DNA of 63,365 nt from the IMG/VR virus record IMGVR_UViG_3300031566_000026, positions 1 through 63,365 of that record; one strand, 5' to 3'. Source of the DNA: a virus (lineage: Duplodnaviria > Caudoviricetes). Shown one piece after another: positions 17,120 to 28,660 of the stretch. Within the stretch, counting starts at the first letter, position 1. Every line of letters begins with the position of its first letter. Made by a program: the position numbers and the translations under genes. The notes beneath the pieces were generated by a model, which saw nothing but the letters and a program-made list of their open reading frames with translations, did no database searches and was not told the origin of the DNA.

Positions 17120-17130
17120 AACGCCTCCTC

Positions 17131-19797
17131 TTACCAGGAACCTGGATACCACACGATTGCACCACTCATGAACGCCAGCACGTCTCCATCATTGGGGCTG
17201 TTCTCGGGAGTGATGGAACCCGCCGGACCCGTCGCCCCCGTCGCCCCCTGATCTCCGCCGTCACCTGTACTTCCTGTTACGCCGGTGATTCCTGTTACGC
17301 CAGTGACCCCGAGACCTCCAGTCTCGCCAATCGGTCCCGAGATCCCCGTCGCTCCGGTCACACCTGCGCCCCCCTGCGATCCCTCGACACCGGTAGCACC
17401 TGTTGGCCCTGTTACACCTGTCACTCCAGTAACGCCGACAGGACCCGCCTCGCCAGTTTCTCCAATCGCACCTGAGATGCCCGTTGCCCCAGTCACTCCC
17501 TGGCCACCGGCTGCACCTGCCTCACCTGTGGCACCAGTCACTCCAGTCACCCCTGTAACACCCGTGACGCCCGGTGTGCCCGTCTCTCCGATCGGCCCTG
17601 AAATGCCGGTAGCGCCAGTAACCCCTGCATTTCCTTGAGAACCTTCAACCCCTGTCGCGCCAGTAGGGCCAGTGACGCCCGCAGAACCCGTCACGCCTGT
17701 GGGACCGGTCACCCCGGTCGCACCCGGGTTCCCGGTCTCTCCAATCGGCCCGGAGATGCCCGTCGCTCCGGTTACGCCTGCACCACCCTGAGAGCCCTCT
17801 ACCCCCGTGGCTCCCGTGGGGCCCGTAACGCCCACCCCCGTTACACCCGTTACACCCGTGGGACCAGGGACGGTACTAGTCTCCCCAATGGGACCTGAAA
17901 TGCCCGTGGCTCCTGTTACGCCCGCATTCCCTTGCGAGCCTTCTACCCCCGTCGCCCCTGTAGGCCCTGTGATACCAGTTGGACCCGTCACTCCTGTTGG
18001 GCCCGTCACACCCGTCACACCCGGGTTCCCCGTCTCCCCGATGGGGCCCGAAATACCGGTAGCTCCGGTTGCGCCTGCATTCCCCTGTGACCCTTCAACA
18101 CCAGTGGCACCCGTGGGACCCGTCGCGCCCACCCCTCCATCCGCGATCAGGTCCCACTCAGCAGGATAATCCGGGGGAAAGTGGTTTGTATTCTCCGCGG
18201 TGCAGTAGAAGCTGGCGAAGCTCAGGTCAATCCGCTGTACGGCCACCCCGTCATTCGGGACGTACGTCACAATAGCCGACCAGTCCCCCTTCCAACTCAC
18301 CCCCACCGCGCCGGTTGGTCCCACCGCGCCGGTTGGTCCCACCGCGCCGGTTGGTCCGGTTATGCCTGTAATGCCCGTGATACCCGTGACGCCGGTCACC
18401 CCCGTCACACCGCTAACTCCCGTGATCCCGGTGATCCCCGTCGGTCCAGTTATGCCCGTCGGCCCCGTAGCGCCCGTAGGCCCAACAACACCCGTGGGAC
18501 CCGTCACCCCCGTGATCCCTGTCGGCCCGGTAATGCCTGTGATTCCCGTGATCCCCGTGATTCCGGTAATGCCAGTGATTCCAGTGACGCCCGTCACGCC
18601 GTCCAGCACGTAGGTGCTCTGGATCGTGTAGTTCCGCGCGTACTGCACGATGGTCCGGTAGCTGGGCAGTCCGTACCCGTCGTCGCGCGTCAGCGGGATG
18701 CGCTTCAAGGGCTGGCGCAGATCGTACTCCGTGATCGTGGCCACCGACGCCACCGCCGGAGCCCCGAGCTGCTTCAGCCGGAACACGCCCAGCCGGTCAG
18801 CGCCCCACCAGCACCACCCGCTGTTCACGATCGCATCGAGCACCTCCATGTACGAGACCTCTTCGTCAAGCCAGATCCCGCATTCGTACGGAGCCGCGAT
18901 GTCCAGCGCCGTCACGTCCGCCGCCGACCACGCGCCTGCGCCGAATCCTGCCCGCGTGAACAGCACGACGGAGAGCTGGGCGATGGTGCGGTTCGCCACC
19001 GCAGCACCCTGCGCCGCGTCGCACGTGATGATGCCCACGGGCGAGGAGCCGATGCGGAAGTACCCGCCCGCCAGATAGACCTTATAGCAGCCCGCAGAGG
19101 GGGCCTGAAGGTCGTCGAGCAGGTCGGCCTCCGTAGCGTACGCCGCCTCGGGCGTCAGCGCCTCGGCGCGGTCGTAGACCCCGGAGATGGCTGCCAGCGC
19201 CTCGGCCGACACCTGATAGATCAGTTTCGCCGTGTTCACGATGGGCGGCGCGATGTTCGTCACTAGCCCGAACAGCAGCGGCTTCGGCTTGCCCTTCAGG
19301 TCGCCTTCGACGCCCTCCAGCCCATCAGGCAGTACGTTGTCGCCCGCGTACTTCGTGCCCTGGACCGGCTTATCCAGCTTGAACTGTTCATCCCTCAGCC
19401 GGATCACCACCCTGTCCAAGTCCACGTCGGGCTGCTCCATCGACCCGATGAACACGACGGTGAAGTCCGTCGGGTAGACGGTCGCCGCCGTGATCGCAGC
19501 GATCTGCCGCACGATGATGCTGCGCCCCGAGAACCCGTAGGCTAGCATGTAGTCGAGCGCCCCATCTTCGTTCTTCAGCACGAGATCGCCAACCCCGGCG
19601 ACGCTGTGCCCACCGAATGTCACCCCAGCCTTCAGCACATTGCGCTGCACGTCGAGCGCCTGCGACAGCCGGTCGTCAATGAACGTGCTGATCGGCGTGT
19701 CCGTGGGCCGCGTCTTGAACGGGTGCGTGCTGAAGTACAGCGCCACCTCCGCTGCCGTGCCAGGGTTGTACGGGGTCATCTCAGCGACGTAGATCAT
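17131..19797 (-). CDS. N-terminal half of tail-tip/hub protein fused to collagen-like G-X-T repeats and a small CBM-like domain
   Basis: [12 protein letters not shown] and YARNYTIQ motifs, then about 430 aa of [12 protein letters not shown] repeats interrupted by [11 protein letters not shown]...WDLIA. Confidence 0.85.
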   Translation of the reverse strand: MIYVAEMTPYNPGTAAEVALYFSTHPFKTRPTDTPISTFIDDRLSQALDVQRNVLKAGVTFGGHSVAGVGDLVLKNEDGALDYMLAYGFSGRSIIVRQIAAITAATVYPTDFTVVFIGSMEQPDVDLDRVVIRLRDEQFKLDKPVQGTKYAGDNVLPDGLEGVEGDLKGKPKPLLFGLVTNIAPPIVNTAKLIYQVSAEALAAISGVYDRAEALTPEAAYATEADLLDDLQAPSAGCYKVYLAGGYFRIGSSPVGIITCDAAQGAAVANRTIAQLSVVLFTRAGFGAGAWSAADVTALDIAAPYECGIWLDEEVSYMEVLDAIVNSGWCWWGADRLGVFRLKQLGAPAVASVATITEYDLRQPLKRIPLTRDDGYGLPSYRTIVQYARNYTIQSTYVLDGVTGVTGITGITGITGITGITGITGPTGITGVTGPTGVVGPTGATGPTGITGPTGITGITGVSGVTGVTGVTGITGITGITGPTGAVGPTGAVGPTGAVGVSWKGDWSAIVTYVPNDGVAVQRIDLSFASFYCTAENTNHFPPDYPAEWDLIADGGVGATGPTGATGVEGSQGNAGATGATGISGPIGETGNPGVTGVTGPTGVTGPTGITGPTGATGVEGSQGNAGVTGATGISGPIGETSTVPGPTGVTGVTGVGVTGPTGATGVEGSQGGAGVTGATGISGPIGETGNPGATGVTGPTGVTGSAGVTGPTGATGVEGSQGNAGVTGATGISGPIGETGTPGVTGVTGVTGVTGATGEAGAAGGQGVTGATGISGAIGETGEAGPVGVTGVTGVTGPTGATGVEGSQGGAGVTGATGISGPIGETGGLGVTGVTGITGVTGSTGDGGDQGATGATGPAGSITPENSPNDGDVLAFMSGAIVWYPGSW
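18302..18355. repeat. perfect 18-bp tandem repeat, 3 copies
   Basis: CCCACCGCGCCGGTTGGT x3, encoding GPTGAV units. Confidence 0.9.
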
Positions 19798-22700
19798 TCT
19801 GCGAGCCCCCGCTTCACGGTCGTGCCCACACCAGATACCGCGGTCTCCACTGCCCCCAGACGCTCAATAACCGAGTTGAACCCGGCCTGGAGTACGCGCA
19901 CGCTGGTCCGTACCTCACTAGCCACCGTATCCACGCCAAAGTTGATGTTCCCCAGCCACGTGTTTGTCGTTTGCTGCGCCGTATATTGCGCCGTAAGTAT
20001 GGGAAGTGTCGCATTGAACTCATCGGCCCAGGCAGCCAACTGGTCATCGCGGAACTTGTTGATGGCATCGATCTGCAACTGCGCAAGTTCAAGAGCCAGT
20101 TCCCGATCCTTGGTCAGTTGGTCAATCTGCTCCTGCTTGAACGTCTCCAGCCGCTCGACTTCCTCCTTGGCGATCTCCCACGCGGCATCGTAGACGGCCT
20201 GTGCATCCTTCGTGGCCTGGGCCGCAGCGGCGTTCAATGCCTCGATCTGCGCTGCGGCGCTGATGGCTACCTGCTCGCGGGCGGAAACCAACTCGTCGAT
20301 CTGGGTGCGCAGCGATGCGGTATGTGTCTGAAGTTCGACAAGTACGCTTTCCTCCGCGCCCAACTTACCGGCGAACTGTTCACGTACCGCCGCTACGATC
20401 TGCTGCACCCGGGCGAAGTCCGTTGCATAGCCCAGGTTTGAGGCATTCACGGCGCGCGATGCAGTCAGCAGATTGCGCGCCGCCTCAGGCAGTCCTGCCC
20501 CCGCCTCCACGTTACCACCCATCGCCGCTGCCGCCATGTCCTCGAACTGGCGGCGCGCCTCGGCAAGTTGCTGGATAGGGGACAGCGGGCTGTATTCGCT
20601 CAGCACTATCGCGTTGGCGAACTCATCCAGTGCCTCCACGACGCGACGCGTCTCTTCGACCAACTGCTGCTGTGCATGAAGTTGGTCCTCGGCCACGCGC
20701 AACTGATCCTGTGCCACCCGGATCTGCGTATCGTAGGCGGCCTGCTGGGCTGCCGCGCCCGCCTGGATCGCGGATGTCTGAGCCGCCAGAGCCTGCCCAC
20801 GCACCAGTGCGTCGCGCTCCAGTCCCTGCACCACGTCGAGGAACCCGAGCATGATGGGGTTGTCCCGGAACTGCGCGCGTTCGGCCTGATGCTGCCAACC
20901 CATCTCTAGGATGTCGGCCTCACCGCCGCGCCCCGTAACCCTCAACCCCCGGGCCATCACGCTCCGGGCGAAGTCGCGCGCGGCGATCTCACGCTCGATG
21001 GCCGCGATCTGCTCGTCGATGGCCTTCACCTGAGCTGCGGTCGCTTCCTCAATCGCCTTGATCTGATTGTTCGTCGCTACGTCAAGCTCGAACACCCGCC
21101 GCTCGAAGTCCTGTACGGCCAGCATGAGGTCCTGGGTAGCCTGCGGTAGATCCTCCATGCCGATGCGCTCACGCCGTTGCGTGAACGCCAGCGAAGCACG
21201 TGCAGCTGCATCGCTCTGACCCGTGGCCGCGAACCCGCGTACTATCAGGTCCTCCACAATCACGCGCCGAGACTCGGCCAACGCATCGTCAAATGCCTTC
21301 AGCGCGGCGATCGTCTCATCGTTGATGACGCCCGTGAACTCAGTAAGTTGTGCGGTCGTGATAAATCCGGCCTCTGCCAACTTCGTAAGTTCCGCGATCT
21401 CCTTCGCCGCCGCCGCCTCCCGGCGAATACGCATGGCCTCCCTATCGTCACCTCGCAGCGTAGCAGCGCGGGCGGCGAAGTCGGGCACGACCTGTTCCTG
21501 AATATACTTCCGCGCTTCCTCTATCACGTCCCCGAGAACTTTGTACAGCTTTTCCCACTCCTCCGCCGACAGTTTCCAGATGTTCTCGATCTCCATCCCA
21601 TACCGCTTCGCGACTTCTATGATCGTCGCGACACTCGGCCCGCCCGTCAGGTCCGCAGGCTGCTGACCGGTCATGAATCCGGCCATCTGCCACACGGCAC
21701 GAGCGTCCTGCACCTGGGCTACCGACATCCCAGCCAGTTGTCGGCCGTAGTCGTCAAGTGACTTCGCGACGCGGTCGAGGGCCTGCGTATTCGCCTCCTG
21801 GGCACGGCGCAGCTCTTCGGCCTGTCTTCCTGCGTCGTCGTCCCCACCGAATAGCTCCCCCAAAAGGGCGTTGACGCTCATCCCTATAATCCCGGGTAGT
21901 GCACCTCCCGTTCCTGCGCCGACGAAGTCCATCGCGTCAAACGCCTCGCCCGCTTTGTCGGCTGCGAGCTTCGCGGCCCGCCCCATCACGAAGAACTGCG
22001 CCACTACCTGGCCGATATCGCCGGCCAGGCCACCCAACTGCTGGCCCATTGCCTCAAGGGCCATGCCGACGACGTCAAACTGTCCCGTCGCCTTGTCACT
22101 GAAGTCCTCTATTTCGAAGTTGATCCGCGCGATCACCTCAGCCACCTGCCTTGCCCGTTCCGCAGCCTCGGGCATGCCGGCGGCCATAGCCTGGGCGGCG
22201 GCGGCAACGCCCGCCTCCGTAATGGCCAGCTCACGTACTGCCTTCGCCCCTTCTTGCGTGGCGACTAGCAGCGCCTTACGCGCCTCCAGCTCCTTGTCGA
22301 GCGAGATCAGCGTGCCGGCCGCTCCGCTTATCCCCTCCATGGTGGTCTCGAGCGGCTTGATCAGCTCGCCCATCTTGCGCTTCTGCTCTTCCAGGTCCAC
22401 GAGCGCGCGCTTCTGGGCGTAGATCGCCGCCGTCATGCCCTGCAGCGCCTTCGCCTGCGCTGCCGACACCCCCTCGGCTGCCTTGGCCAGCGCCTCCTTC
22501 TCCTCGTACCGAAGGTTCAGCAGCGCCATCTCGTGCTCTGTCGAGCCGAACGCCTTGACCAGCGCCGTCTGCTTCTCAAGCTCTAGGCCAAGCTCCTTCT
22601 GTGCCTCCTTGGCTGCCTCCGCCTGGGCGGCAGCCGCCGCAGCGGCCTTCTCCTGGGCGTCGATCCGCTCCCAATACGCCTTGTTCGCCGCATCGAAGGC

Positions 22701-23798
22701 AGCGGTCTCCGCCTCTGTCATGCCGGCGGTCTTGAGCACCTTCGCCAGATACTTGTCCAGCGCCGCGTTGGCCGCCACGGCAGCCAGCACCAAGATCGTG
22801 ATCCAGCCGCCCAGCGCAGCCCACGCCCCCTTGGCCGCTACCGTGAGCGCCTCCAGGGAGAACGTGGTAGTCCCCGCCGCTGCCGCCGTCGCCTTGAGCG
22901 CCAGGTTATACCGCACCAGTGCTGCCGTGCCCATGGACACGCCCTTGCCCACCATGACGGCCATCAGGGCTGCAATGGCAAAGCTGATTTCCTTGGCCCA
23001 GAACCCCACGAGCTTCAGTACCTCGGCGTACGCGAACACCGCCTTGGTGTACGCCGGCTGGAACGCCTCTGAGACCTTGACCTTCGCGTCCTCCAAATAC
23101 CGCTTCGTGCTCTGGATCTGCTTGCCGGCCGTCTCCATCGCGGCCTCGTACGATCCGGCGATGCGCCCGCCAGCCTCCATCACCGCGTTCACCCGCGCCT
23201 GCGTCTTCTCCTGCTCCGTCAGTGCGTCGGCGTTCTTGTTCAGCGTCTTGGCTGCCTTGGCGTAGGCGCTCTCGAAGTTCACCATGATGCCGATGGTGCG
23301 CAGGATCCGTGTGTTCGCCGTCTGTACGCCGTACACCAGGTTGGCGAACGCCTCCGAGCTGTTCATGTTGCCGATCACGGCGGCGTCCTGCGCCACGCGC
23401 GCCAACTTAGTGGCGTTGCTCAGTTCCATCTCGGCCTGCACCATGCGGGCGATGTTGCTCCGGGCCTCGATCATGCTGATGCCGGTCTTGCGCAGGTCGC
23501 TCTCCAGGGCGCGCATCTCCGTGGCGCTCTTGTTCACGTTCCGCCCCAGCCGGTCCACTACCACGCCGAGCGTCTCGTACCGGGCGCCGAGCGTCAGCAC
23601 TTCCTTCGCCATCTGCACCGCCTTGTACGCCCCAAATGCCAACCCCAGCGTGGCGGCCGTCTTCGTCAGCGTGGCCATCGCACTATCGGTACGCTTGGAG
23701 GCCCCCTCGACACCCGTGAGAGCTTGCTCCGCTGCACGCCCCTGCGTCACCACCTTCGTGGCGTCGAGGTCCATCCCGATGGTGACGATGTCGGCCAT
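19794..23798 (-). CDS. tape measure protein
   Basis: 1334 aa, Ala-rich helical with a hydrophobic segment; follows the chaperone genes. Confidence 0.9.
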   Translation of the reverse strand: MADIVTIGMDLDATKVVTQGRAAEQALTGVEGASKRTDSAMATLTKTAATLGLAFGAYKAVQMAKEVLTLGARYETLGVVVDRLGRNVNKSATEMRALESDLRKTGISMIEARSNIARMVQAEMELSNATKLARVAQDAAVIGNMNSSEAFANLVYGVQTANTRILRTIGIMVNFESAYAKAAKTLNKNADALTEQEKTQARVNAVMEAGGRIAGSYEAAMETAGKQIQSTKRYLEDAKVKVSEAFQPAYTKAVFAYAEVLKLVGFWAKEISFAIAALMAVMVGKGVSMGTAALVRYNLALKATAAAAGTTTFSLEALTVAAKGAWAALGGWITILVLAAVAANAALDKYLAKVLKTAGMTEAETAAFDAANKAYWERIDAQEKAAAAAAAQAEAAKEAQKELGLELEKQTALVKAFGSTEHEMALLNLRYEEKEALAKAAEGVSAAQAKALQGMTAAIYAQKRALVDLEEQKRKMGELIKPLETTMEGISGAAGTLISLDKELEARKALLVATQEGAKAVRELAITEAGVAAAAQAMAAGMPEAAERARQVAEVIARINFEIEDFSDKATGQFDVVGMALEAMGQQLGGLAGDIGQVVAQFFVMGRAAKLAADKAGEAFDAMDFVGAGTGGALPGIIGMSVNALLGELFGGDDDAGRQAEELRRAQEANTQALDRVAKSLDDYGRQLAGMSVAQVQDARAVWQMAGFMTGQQPADLTGGPSVATIIEVAKRYGMEIENIWKLSAEEWEKLYKVLGDVIEEARKYIQEQVVPDFAARAATLRGDDREAMRIRREAAAAKEIAELTKLAEAGFITTAQLTEFTGVINDETIAALKAFDDALAESRRVIVEDLIVRGFAATGQSDAAARASLAFTQRRERIGMEDLPQATQDLMLAVQDFERRVFELDVATNNQIKAIEEATAAQVKAIDEQIAAIEREIAARDFARSVMARGLRVTGRGGEADILEMGWQHQAERAQFRDNPIMLGFLDVVQGLERDALVRGQALAAQTSAIQAGAAAQQAAYDTQIRVAQDQLRVAEDQLHAQQQLVEETRRVVEALDEFANAIVLSEYSPLSPIQQLAEARRQFEDMAAAAMGGNVEAGAGLPEAARNLLTASRAVNASNLGYATDFARVQQIVAAVREQFAGKLGAEESVLVELQTHTASLRTQIDELVSAREQVAISAAAQIEALNAAAAQATKDAQAVYDAAWEIAKEEVERLETFKQEQIDQLTKDRELALELAQLQIDAINKFRDDQLAAWADEFNATLPILTAQYTAQQTTNTWLGNINFGVDTVASEVRTSVRVLQAGFNSVIERLGAVETAVSGVGTTVKRGLAE

Positions 23799-23801
23799 GG
23801 C

Positions 23802-24646
23802 TCAGTTCTCGTCCTTGACGAAGACGGGCACCACCCCAGGCTTCCGCTTCGGCCACTCGCGCTGTGGCGGGGGCTCCGCATCCGCCGCCGTCGCCTCTGT
23901 CTTCTTCTTCTCCACGCTGCTCGCTGACAGTGCCGTGTCGATGGCCAGCAAGGCCGCTACCTCACTCGGCGTGAGCCGCACGTTTCGCAGTACGGCCCAC
24001 GCCGCGATGGCCTCGTACGTCAGCGGCGCCAGCCCGCTCATGCCGATCCCGCTGCGCCCGTGAAGCTCCAGCGCCCACCGCCACAGGTACTCCACGCAGT
24101 CGGGATACTCCGGAGGGGTCAAGCGGGCGATGGCTGCCTCGTTCCCGCCGCGGGCCGACGCCTCCCAGTGGTCGCGCTGGGGCGTACCGTCAGGCGCCGC
24201 CCGGTTCAGCTCGGCCACGTGGGAGGCGAGCATGATCAGGTCTCCGACCGCGGCTTGGAAAAATCCGCGTGCCCCGAGACGGCCGCCTCCACCTGGCTCA
24301 GGATGTGCGGCGCGCGCAGCAGCTTGCGCACATTCTCCGGCGTGCACTCAGCCAGCGTCTCGCCGATCGTCCAGCCGGACCACCGCGTCACCGCGGCGGA
24401 TGCCCGGAAGATCCGGTTGTAGAGGATGTCGGCCGGCTGCAACCGCTGCGAGCGCTGGTGCAGCATGCGCCGCTGCGTGGCCGTGTCCGCGTCCATCACC
24501 CGCTTCGACTCCTCGCCCACGACCGTGATGGTGCAGGGCGTCTTGCCGTCCGGCGCCAGGTACGGCTCGCCGTTCTTCTGGTAGATCGGGACGTCGACCT
24601 CCTGCTCGTCGAGCGCGATCACCGCTTCCATCTTCCCGATGTCCAT
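23802..24646 (-). CDS. tail assembly chaperone G (24236-24646) and G-T product via -1 frameshift
   Basis: Slippery GGATTTTT at 24259-24266 joins ...GHADF to FQAAVGDL...PLTYEAIAAW; canonical position between tube and tape measure. Confidence 0.8.
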
Positions 24647-24795
24647 GTGCGTGCTCCTCATGGTTCGGCTCAGCCCCCCGACCCTGGCACGCTCCTGGAC
24701 CGTCCTACTGTCCAGGCAGGGCCGGAGGGACAAAGCCTGTGTTCCGCTACCTCTCACTCAGCGCCCGGAGGGCGTGCGCCCCAGGGGTCCTTCGC

Positions 24796-26277
24796 CTACG
24801 CGCCGCTCGAAACGATCTTGACCGGCGTGGCTTCCAGCGTCGAAGTGGCCACCGAGCTGCCGATCAGCAGCGACCGGGTCTCGATCTGCGCTCCGTCGCC
24901 GCCCAGCGGTGCGTCCACCCCACCGATCTTCACGCGCGGCAGGTACAGGCTCACGCACGGCTTCGGCGCCGTCACAGGCTCTTCGAGCTTGATAGCGATG
25001 GAGAACTCCTCCTCCGCGTCGTAGTCGATCAGGTTCTGGAAGTCGCTGCGCAGGCCAGTGATGCTGCCCGACATGCTCAGGTCGTTATCGAAGATGTCCG
25101 GGCTCGTCAGGTTGCCGATCGTCGGCTCGCCCTTCGCCGCGATCGTGAAGTCCAGGTCCATGCCAGTGAACGTGGTCACCGCCACGCCATCCTTCAGGAT
25201 CACCGAGTCGTCCGCCACCACCGAGATGCCCGTGGTGACACCCGGCAGCGTGAACCACGGCGAGGTGCCGACGAGCAGCAGCGTGCGGTCCATGCCCAGG
25301 AACGTCCACGTGATGGTCGCGTGCGCGCCGGGCTTGAACGAGAACTTCACACCGACCAGTCGGCAGCCGAGGAACAGCTCCGTCAGGTCCATGTCCTCGT
25401 TGTACTGCTCGATCGTGTGAGACACGCGCACGGGCGTGGTGGGCAGGACGAGCTTCTTCAGCCGGCTCAGCGTGCAGGCCACGTCCGCGACCTGGATGGT
25501 CAGCGGGGTACCCACGACGGTCAGCGTGTTCGCCGCCACCGTGGCCACGCGCAGGTTGATGTCGTTGTTCAGCACGTTGCTCATCCCCGCCAGCCGGATG
25601 ATGTCGCCAACGTAGATCACGCCGACGAACGAAGTCGTCCCAACCGAGACGATCGTGTTGGTGGCCGTGATCTCCAGCGACTCGTGGGTCGGCGTGCCCG
25701 CTCCTGCATACGTCAGCACCTTGTTCAGCCGGGTGATCGTGCAGGCGATGTCCGCGCCTTCAACGGTCAGCGGCGTGCCGGCAATCGTGAGCACGTTGGC
25801 CGCCACAGCCGTGATGAGCAACTGAATGCCGTTGTTCGCCTCACTGGTCATGTTCGACAGCACGATCACGTCACCCACGTAGAACACGTCGACGAAGCTG
25901 TCCGTGCCGACCTGCGTCAGCGTGCTTGCGTCGGTCACCTCCAACGACAGGTGCGCAGCGGTGTTGTCGTAGGTCTTCGTGATGTCCGTGGACCAGACCG
26001 TGCGCAGCAGCGCAGCGAGCAGCATGTCGATGGCGCCGCCCACGCTCCACTCCGAGTTGAGCGAGCCGTCCACGGTCTTGAACCCAAGCCGCGGCATGGG
26101 CCGGATCATCGCGTCGTTGCGCTCAGCGCTCTGGATGTTGGCGCGGTTCAGCTTCAGTCCGGGGCTGTCTACCGTCCGCAGCACGCAAGCGCCGAATTCG
26201 GTCGCGGCCACGCCCGGGGTTGCGGCGACCTCGCGCTTGATCGCCACCAGGTAATTAGAACCTGTCTGGAAAGCCAT
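24796..26277 (-). CDS. major tail tube protein with a duplicated inserted beta domain
   Basis: Position; SHTIEQY, FLGCRL, TWTFLG motifs; two approximately 80-aa repeats. Confidence 0.85.
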   Translation of the reverse strand: MAFQTGSNYLVAIKREVAATPGVAATEFGACVLRTVDSPGLKLNRANIQSAERNDAMIRPMPRLGFKTVDGSLNSEWSVGGAIDMLLAALLRTVWSTDITKTYDNTAAHLSLEVTDASTLTQVGTDSFVDVFYVGDVIVLSNMTSEANNGIQLLITAVAANVLTIAGTPLTVEGADIACTITRLNKVLTYAGAGTPTHESLEITATNTIVSVGTTSFVGVIYVGDIIRLAGMSNVLNNDINLRVATVAANTLTVVGTPLTIQVADVACTLSRLKKLVLPTTPVRVSHTIEQYNEDMDLTELFLGCRLVGVKFSFKPGAHATITWTFLGMDRTLLLVGTSPWFTLPGVTTGISVVADDSVILKDGVAVTTFTGMDLDFTIAAKGEPTIGNLTSPDIFDNDLSMSGSITGLRSDFQNLIDYDAEEEFSIAIKLEEPVTAPKPCVSLYLPRVKIGGVDAPLGGDGAQIETRSLLIGSSVATSTLEATPVKIVSSGA

Positions 26278-26296
26278 GTGAGTCTCCCTCCTGCGT

Positions 26297-26965
26297 TCAG
26301 GAGTTGATGGTGGTCATGCGCAGGGGGATGGTCACAGGTACCGTGGCCCACCCCGACTTGCGTTGGATCGACTGGCCCCGGTATGGGGCCGGATCACCCC
26401 TGACCCGCAGCACGTCGCCGTTGGCTAGGGTCATCGTTGAATGCGGCTTGAACAACTTCAGCAGCGCGTCCGTGTATGCGTTCACCGCGTCCGTCCCCAC
26501 GCCCTCGGGCACGTTCACGCGCACGATGTAGAGCGGCGTCAGCTCCAGCCAGCCCAGCGCCTTGCCGAGCGTGATCTGCACCGCAGGGCCGGGCACCAGC
26601 TCCTCCTCTACGTAGGGACTGCCTGTGGTGGGCGCGAACGCCTCGTTCTCCCACTCGCGCCCAGCCGGCAGTCCGACCGTCAGCGTCTTGCCGGCGGCTG
26701 CCACCTCTACGCCAAGCGTGCGCGTCACGGTCAGCGTGAGCGCCGAGACGGCCTTCACCACGGCCACGCCGTTGTTGCCGGCCACGGTCATCCCAGCGGC
26801 CACGATCTCCATGCCCGCGTAGAACCCATCGGTCAGGAAGGAGCCCGCTGCGCGCACGTATGCCGTTGTGGTCGCGCTCATGTTGATGGCACCAGTCGTC
26901 GCGACCGAGAGCGTGATGAGCTGCGCCCGAAGCGCCCGCTGCACCTGGAGGTAGCTGACGCTCAT
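26297..26965 (-). CDS. tail terminator-like protein
   Basis: WENEAFAP, VNVPEGVG, WATVPVTIP motifs; position before the tube gene. Confidence 0.7.
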   Translation of the reverse strand: MSVSYLQVQRALRAQLITLSVATTGAINMSATTTAYVRAAGSFLTDGFYAGMEIVAAGMTVAGNNGVAVVKAVSALTLTVTRTLGVEVAAAGKTLTVGLPAGREWENEAFAPTTGSPYVEEELVPGPAVQITLGKALGWLELTPLYIVRVNVPEGVGTDAVNAYTDALLKLFKPHSTMTLANGDVLRVRGDPAPYRGQSIQRKSGWATVPVTIPLRMTTINS

Positions 26966-27336
26966 GGTCCACCGCCCTTCAGTACCTCGGCCACGCTTGC
27001 ATCCACCAGTCGTTGGAACCCCGTGCGCGTCAGCGCCCGAGAGTGGAACCCGCCCACCACAGAGCGTAGCGTCAGCTTGCCGTACGGCCCGATGCCCTCC
27101 TCGATGGCCGGCGCGTATTCCAGCCCGGAGGCCGAACGCGCATGCCACTCCTCGGGGAACGTCAGTTGCCAGGACCGGCGCAAGTCGCCCGTCTGCTGCG
27201 GCTGCCCAGGCGAGGCCGTTACGTCAGACCCAAACACCAACGACTCCTGCATCTTTTCGGCTACACGCACGAATAGGCGCCGCTGCCGCTGGTGGATCAT
27301 CGCCACCACATCCGCGATCGGAGGATTGATGCTCAT
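26962..27336 (-). CDS. HK97 gp10-like neck protein
   Basis: PQQTGDLRRSW and LEYAPAIEEG motifs. Confidence 0.75.
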   Translation of the reverse strand: MSINPPIADVVAMIHQRQRRLFVRVAEKMQESLVFGSDVTASPGQPQQTGDLRRSWQLTFPEEWHARSASGLEYAPAIEEGIGPYGKLTLRSVVGGFHSRALTRTGFQRLVDASVAEVLKGGGP

Positions 27337-27689
27337 GCCGCTACCACCACCCTACCGAGCAGCAGGGTGCCTCCAGGTGCGATGCCCTTCGTGTGCTTGA
27401 CCGTGTACGTGGTCCCGTCCCACGCTACCGTCATCCCAAGCGTAGGCAGCGAGTACCCGGCGTCGGGCGCGAGCAGCAACGTTACCGCAGCCGCACCGAT
27501 CAGCTTCAGCGCCTCGTACAGCTTCTCGCTGCCTGGCGTGGCGATCGCGTAACCCGGAACCGTCGTTACCGACACCGTGCTGCCTCCCGTCGCGTGGTCA
27601 ACCGTGGTCGTCAGCCCGGTGAACGTCACCCGGGCCCCAGCCCTCTGTACCTGCCTGTACGCCCGCGCTCGCGTGGCAGCGTAGCCCAT
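27333..27689 (-). CDS. head closure protein
   Basis: Position, size, WDGTTYTV motif. Confidence 0.6.
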   Translation of the reverse strand: MGYAATRARAYRQVQRAGARVTFTGLTTTVDHATGGSTVSVTTVPGYAIATPGSEKLYEALKLIGAAAVTLLLAPDAGYSLPTLGMTVAWDGTTYTVKHTKGIAPGGTLLLGRVVVAA

Positions 27690-27693
27690 CGCC

Positions 27694-28278
27694 CTAGCAC
27701 CGCATCAGCGTCAAGCCCGTCTTGCTGGGCTCCAGAAGCGCAGCGATCCGAGCCATCACTCGCGGGTACCGCACCAGGCCAGTGGCCCGCTGCGACTGCC
27801 CCACAAATACCGTCTCCAGCACGTCCGTCACGCTGGACTTGATGTTCGTGTCCGGGTCCAGCCCCGCTACGTCCTCAGTCCCGGCGCGCAGGAACTCCAG
27901 CGCCAACTCGATCTGCGCTTCCTTCACCCGCCCGGGTACGATGGTCGTCAGGTAGTAGACGATTGTGCTGAATGGCTCCTCCAGGTCCCGGTACCCGCTC
28001 ACGAGCAGCCCCTCGTTGTCCGGGTCGTCCGGGTCCGGCACGTAGTCGCGCGGCCAGCTGAGCGCCTGCGTTGTGTTCACGCGACGCCCCTTCCAGACGC
28101 CCAGGTTGCTCAGCTCGCGGCATGCTTCCAGCAATGCCGTGTTCTGGTCATCAGCCGACGCCCCGGTGAAGGCCGTGGCGTTCAGCCTCGCCGATAGGTA
28201 CAGCGTGGCCTCTGCAAGCGTGGCGAACGTGTTCGCGTCCGCCGCCCCAACCGTCGGGACCAATGCCGGAGGTGCCAT
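27694..28278 (-). CDS. head-tail adaptor (DnaT-like family)
   Basis: DANTFATLAEA, WKGRR, QALSWPR, VKEAQIELAL motifs. Confidence 0.75.
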   Translation of the reverse strand: MAPPALVPTVGAADANTFATLAEATLYLSARLNATAFTGASADDQNTALLEACRELSNLGVWKGRRVNTTQALSWPRDYVPDPDDPDNEGLLVSGYRDLEEPFSTIVYYLTTIVPGRVKEAQIELALEFLRAGTEDVAGLDPDTNIKSSVTDVLETVFVGQSQRATGLVRYPRVMARIAALLEPSKTGLTLMRC

Positions 28279-28290
28279 CCATCAGCCTCC

Positions 28291-28656
28291 CTATTCCTTG
28301 GGGAACTTCCGCGGCCGACCTGGCCCGCGCTTCACTCCTGGTGCCGGGATCTCGATGGGGTGGGCCTCTGTGGCCGCCCCCAACACCAGCGGAACCGCTA
28401 CCTCCCCGGTGCTCAGGGGATGGACCTTCGCACTGCCCACAGGCGTGCCCTGGGGCTCTGGTACGCTTTCGGCGACCACCACTGGCGCCCCCTCCTCGCT
28501 GGCAGGGGGCGTCAGGGTGTACTCGCCGTGCGCGACCATCCCTCGGGCGTCTACGGGCCACCGTTCGATCGCTTCACCTGTAACGACATGGTACAACGTC
28601 ACCTTGCCGGTCGGGTTCGCGCCGAATATCAGCGTCTTGCCGAAGACGTCCGCCAT
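28291..28656 (-). CDS. hypothetical protein with C-terminal AT-hook
   Basis: KRGPGRPRK. Confidence 0.65.
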   Translation of the reverse strand: MADVFGKTLIFGANPTGKVTLYHVVTGEAIERWPVDARGMVAHGEYTLTPPASEEGAPVVVAESVPEPQGTPVGSAKVHPLSTGEVAVPLVLGAATEAHPIEIPAPGVKRGPGRPRKFPKE

Positions 28657-28660
28657 GGTA

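Noticed and set aside
14383-18591. Group I intron explaining the split tail gene
   Set aside because: The interval is filled by coupled ORFs and the downstream half has its own SD and ATG; no intron core seen
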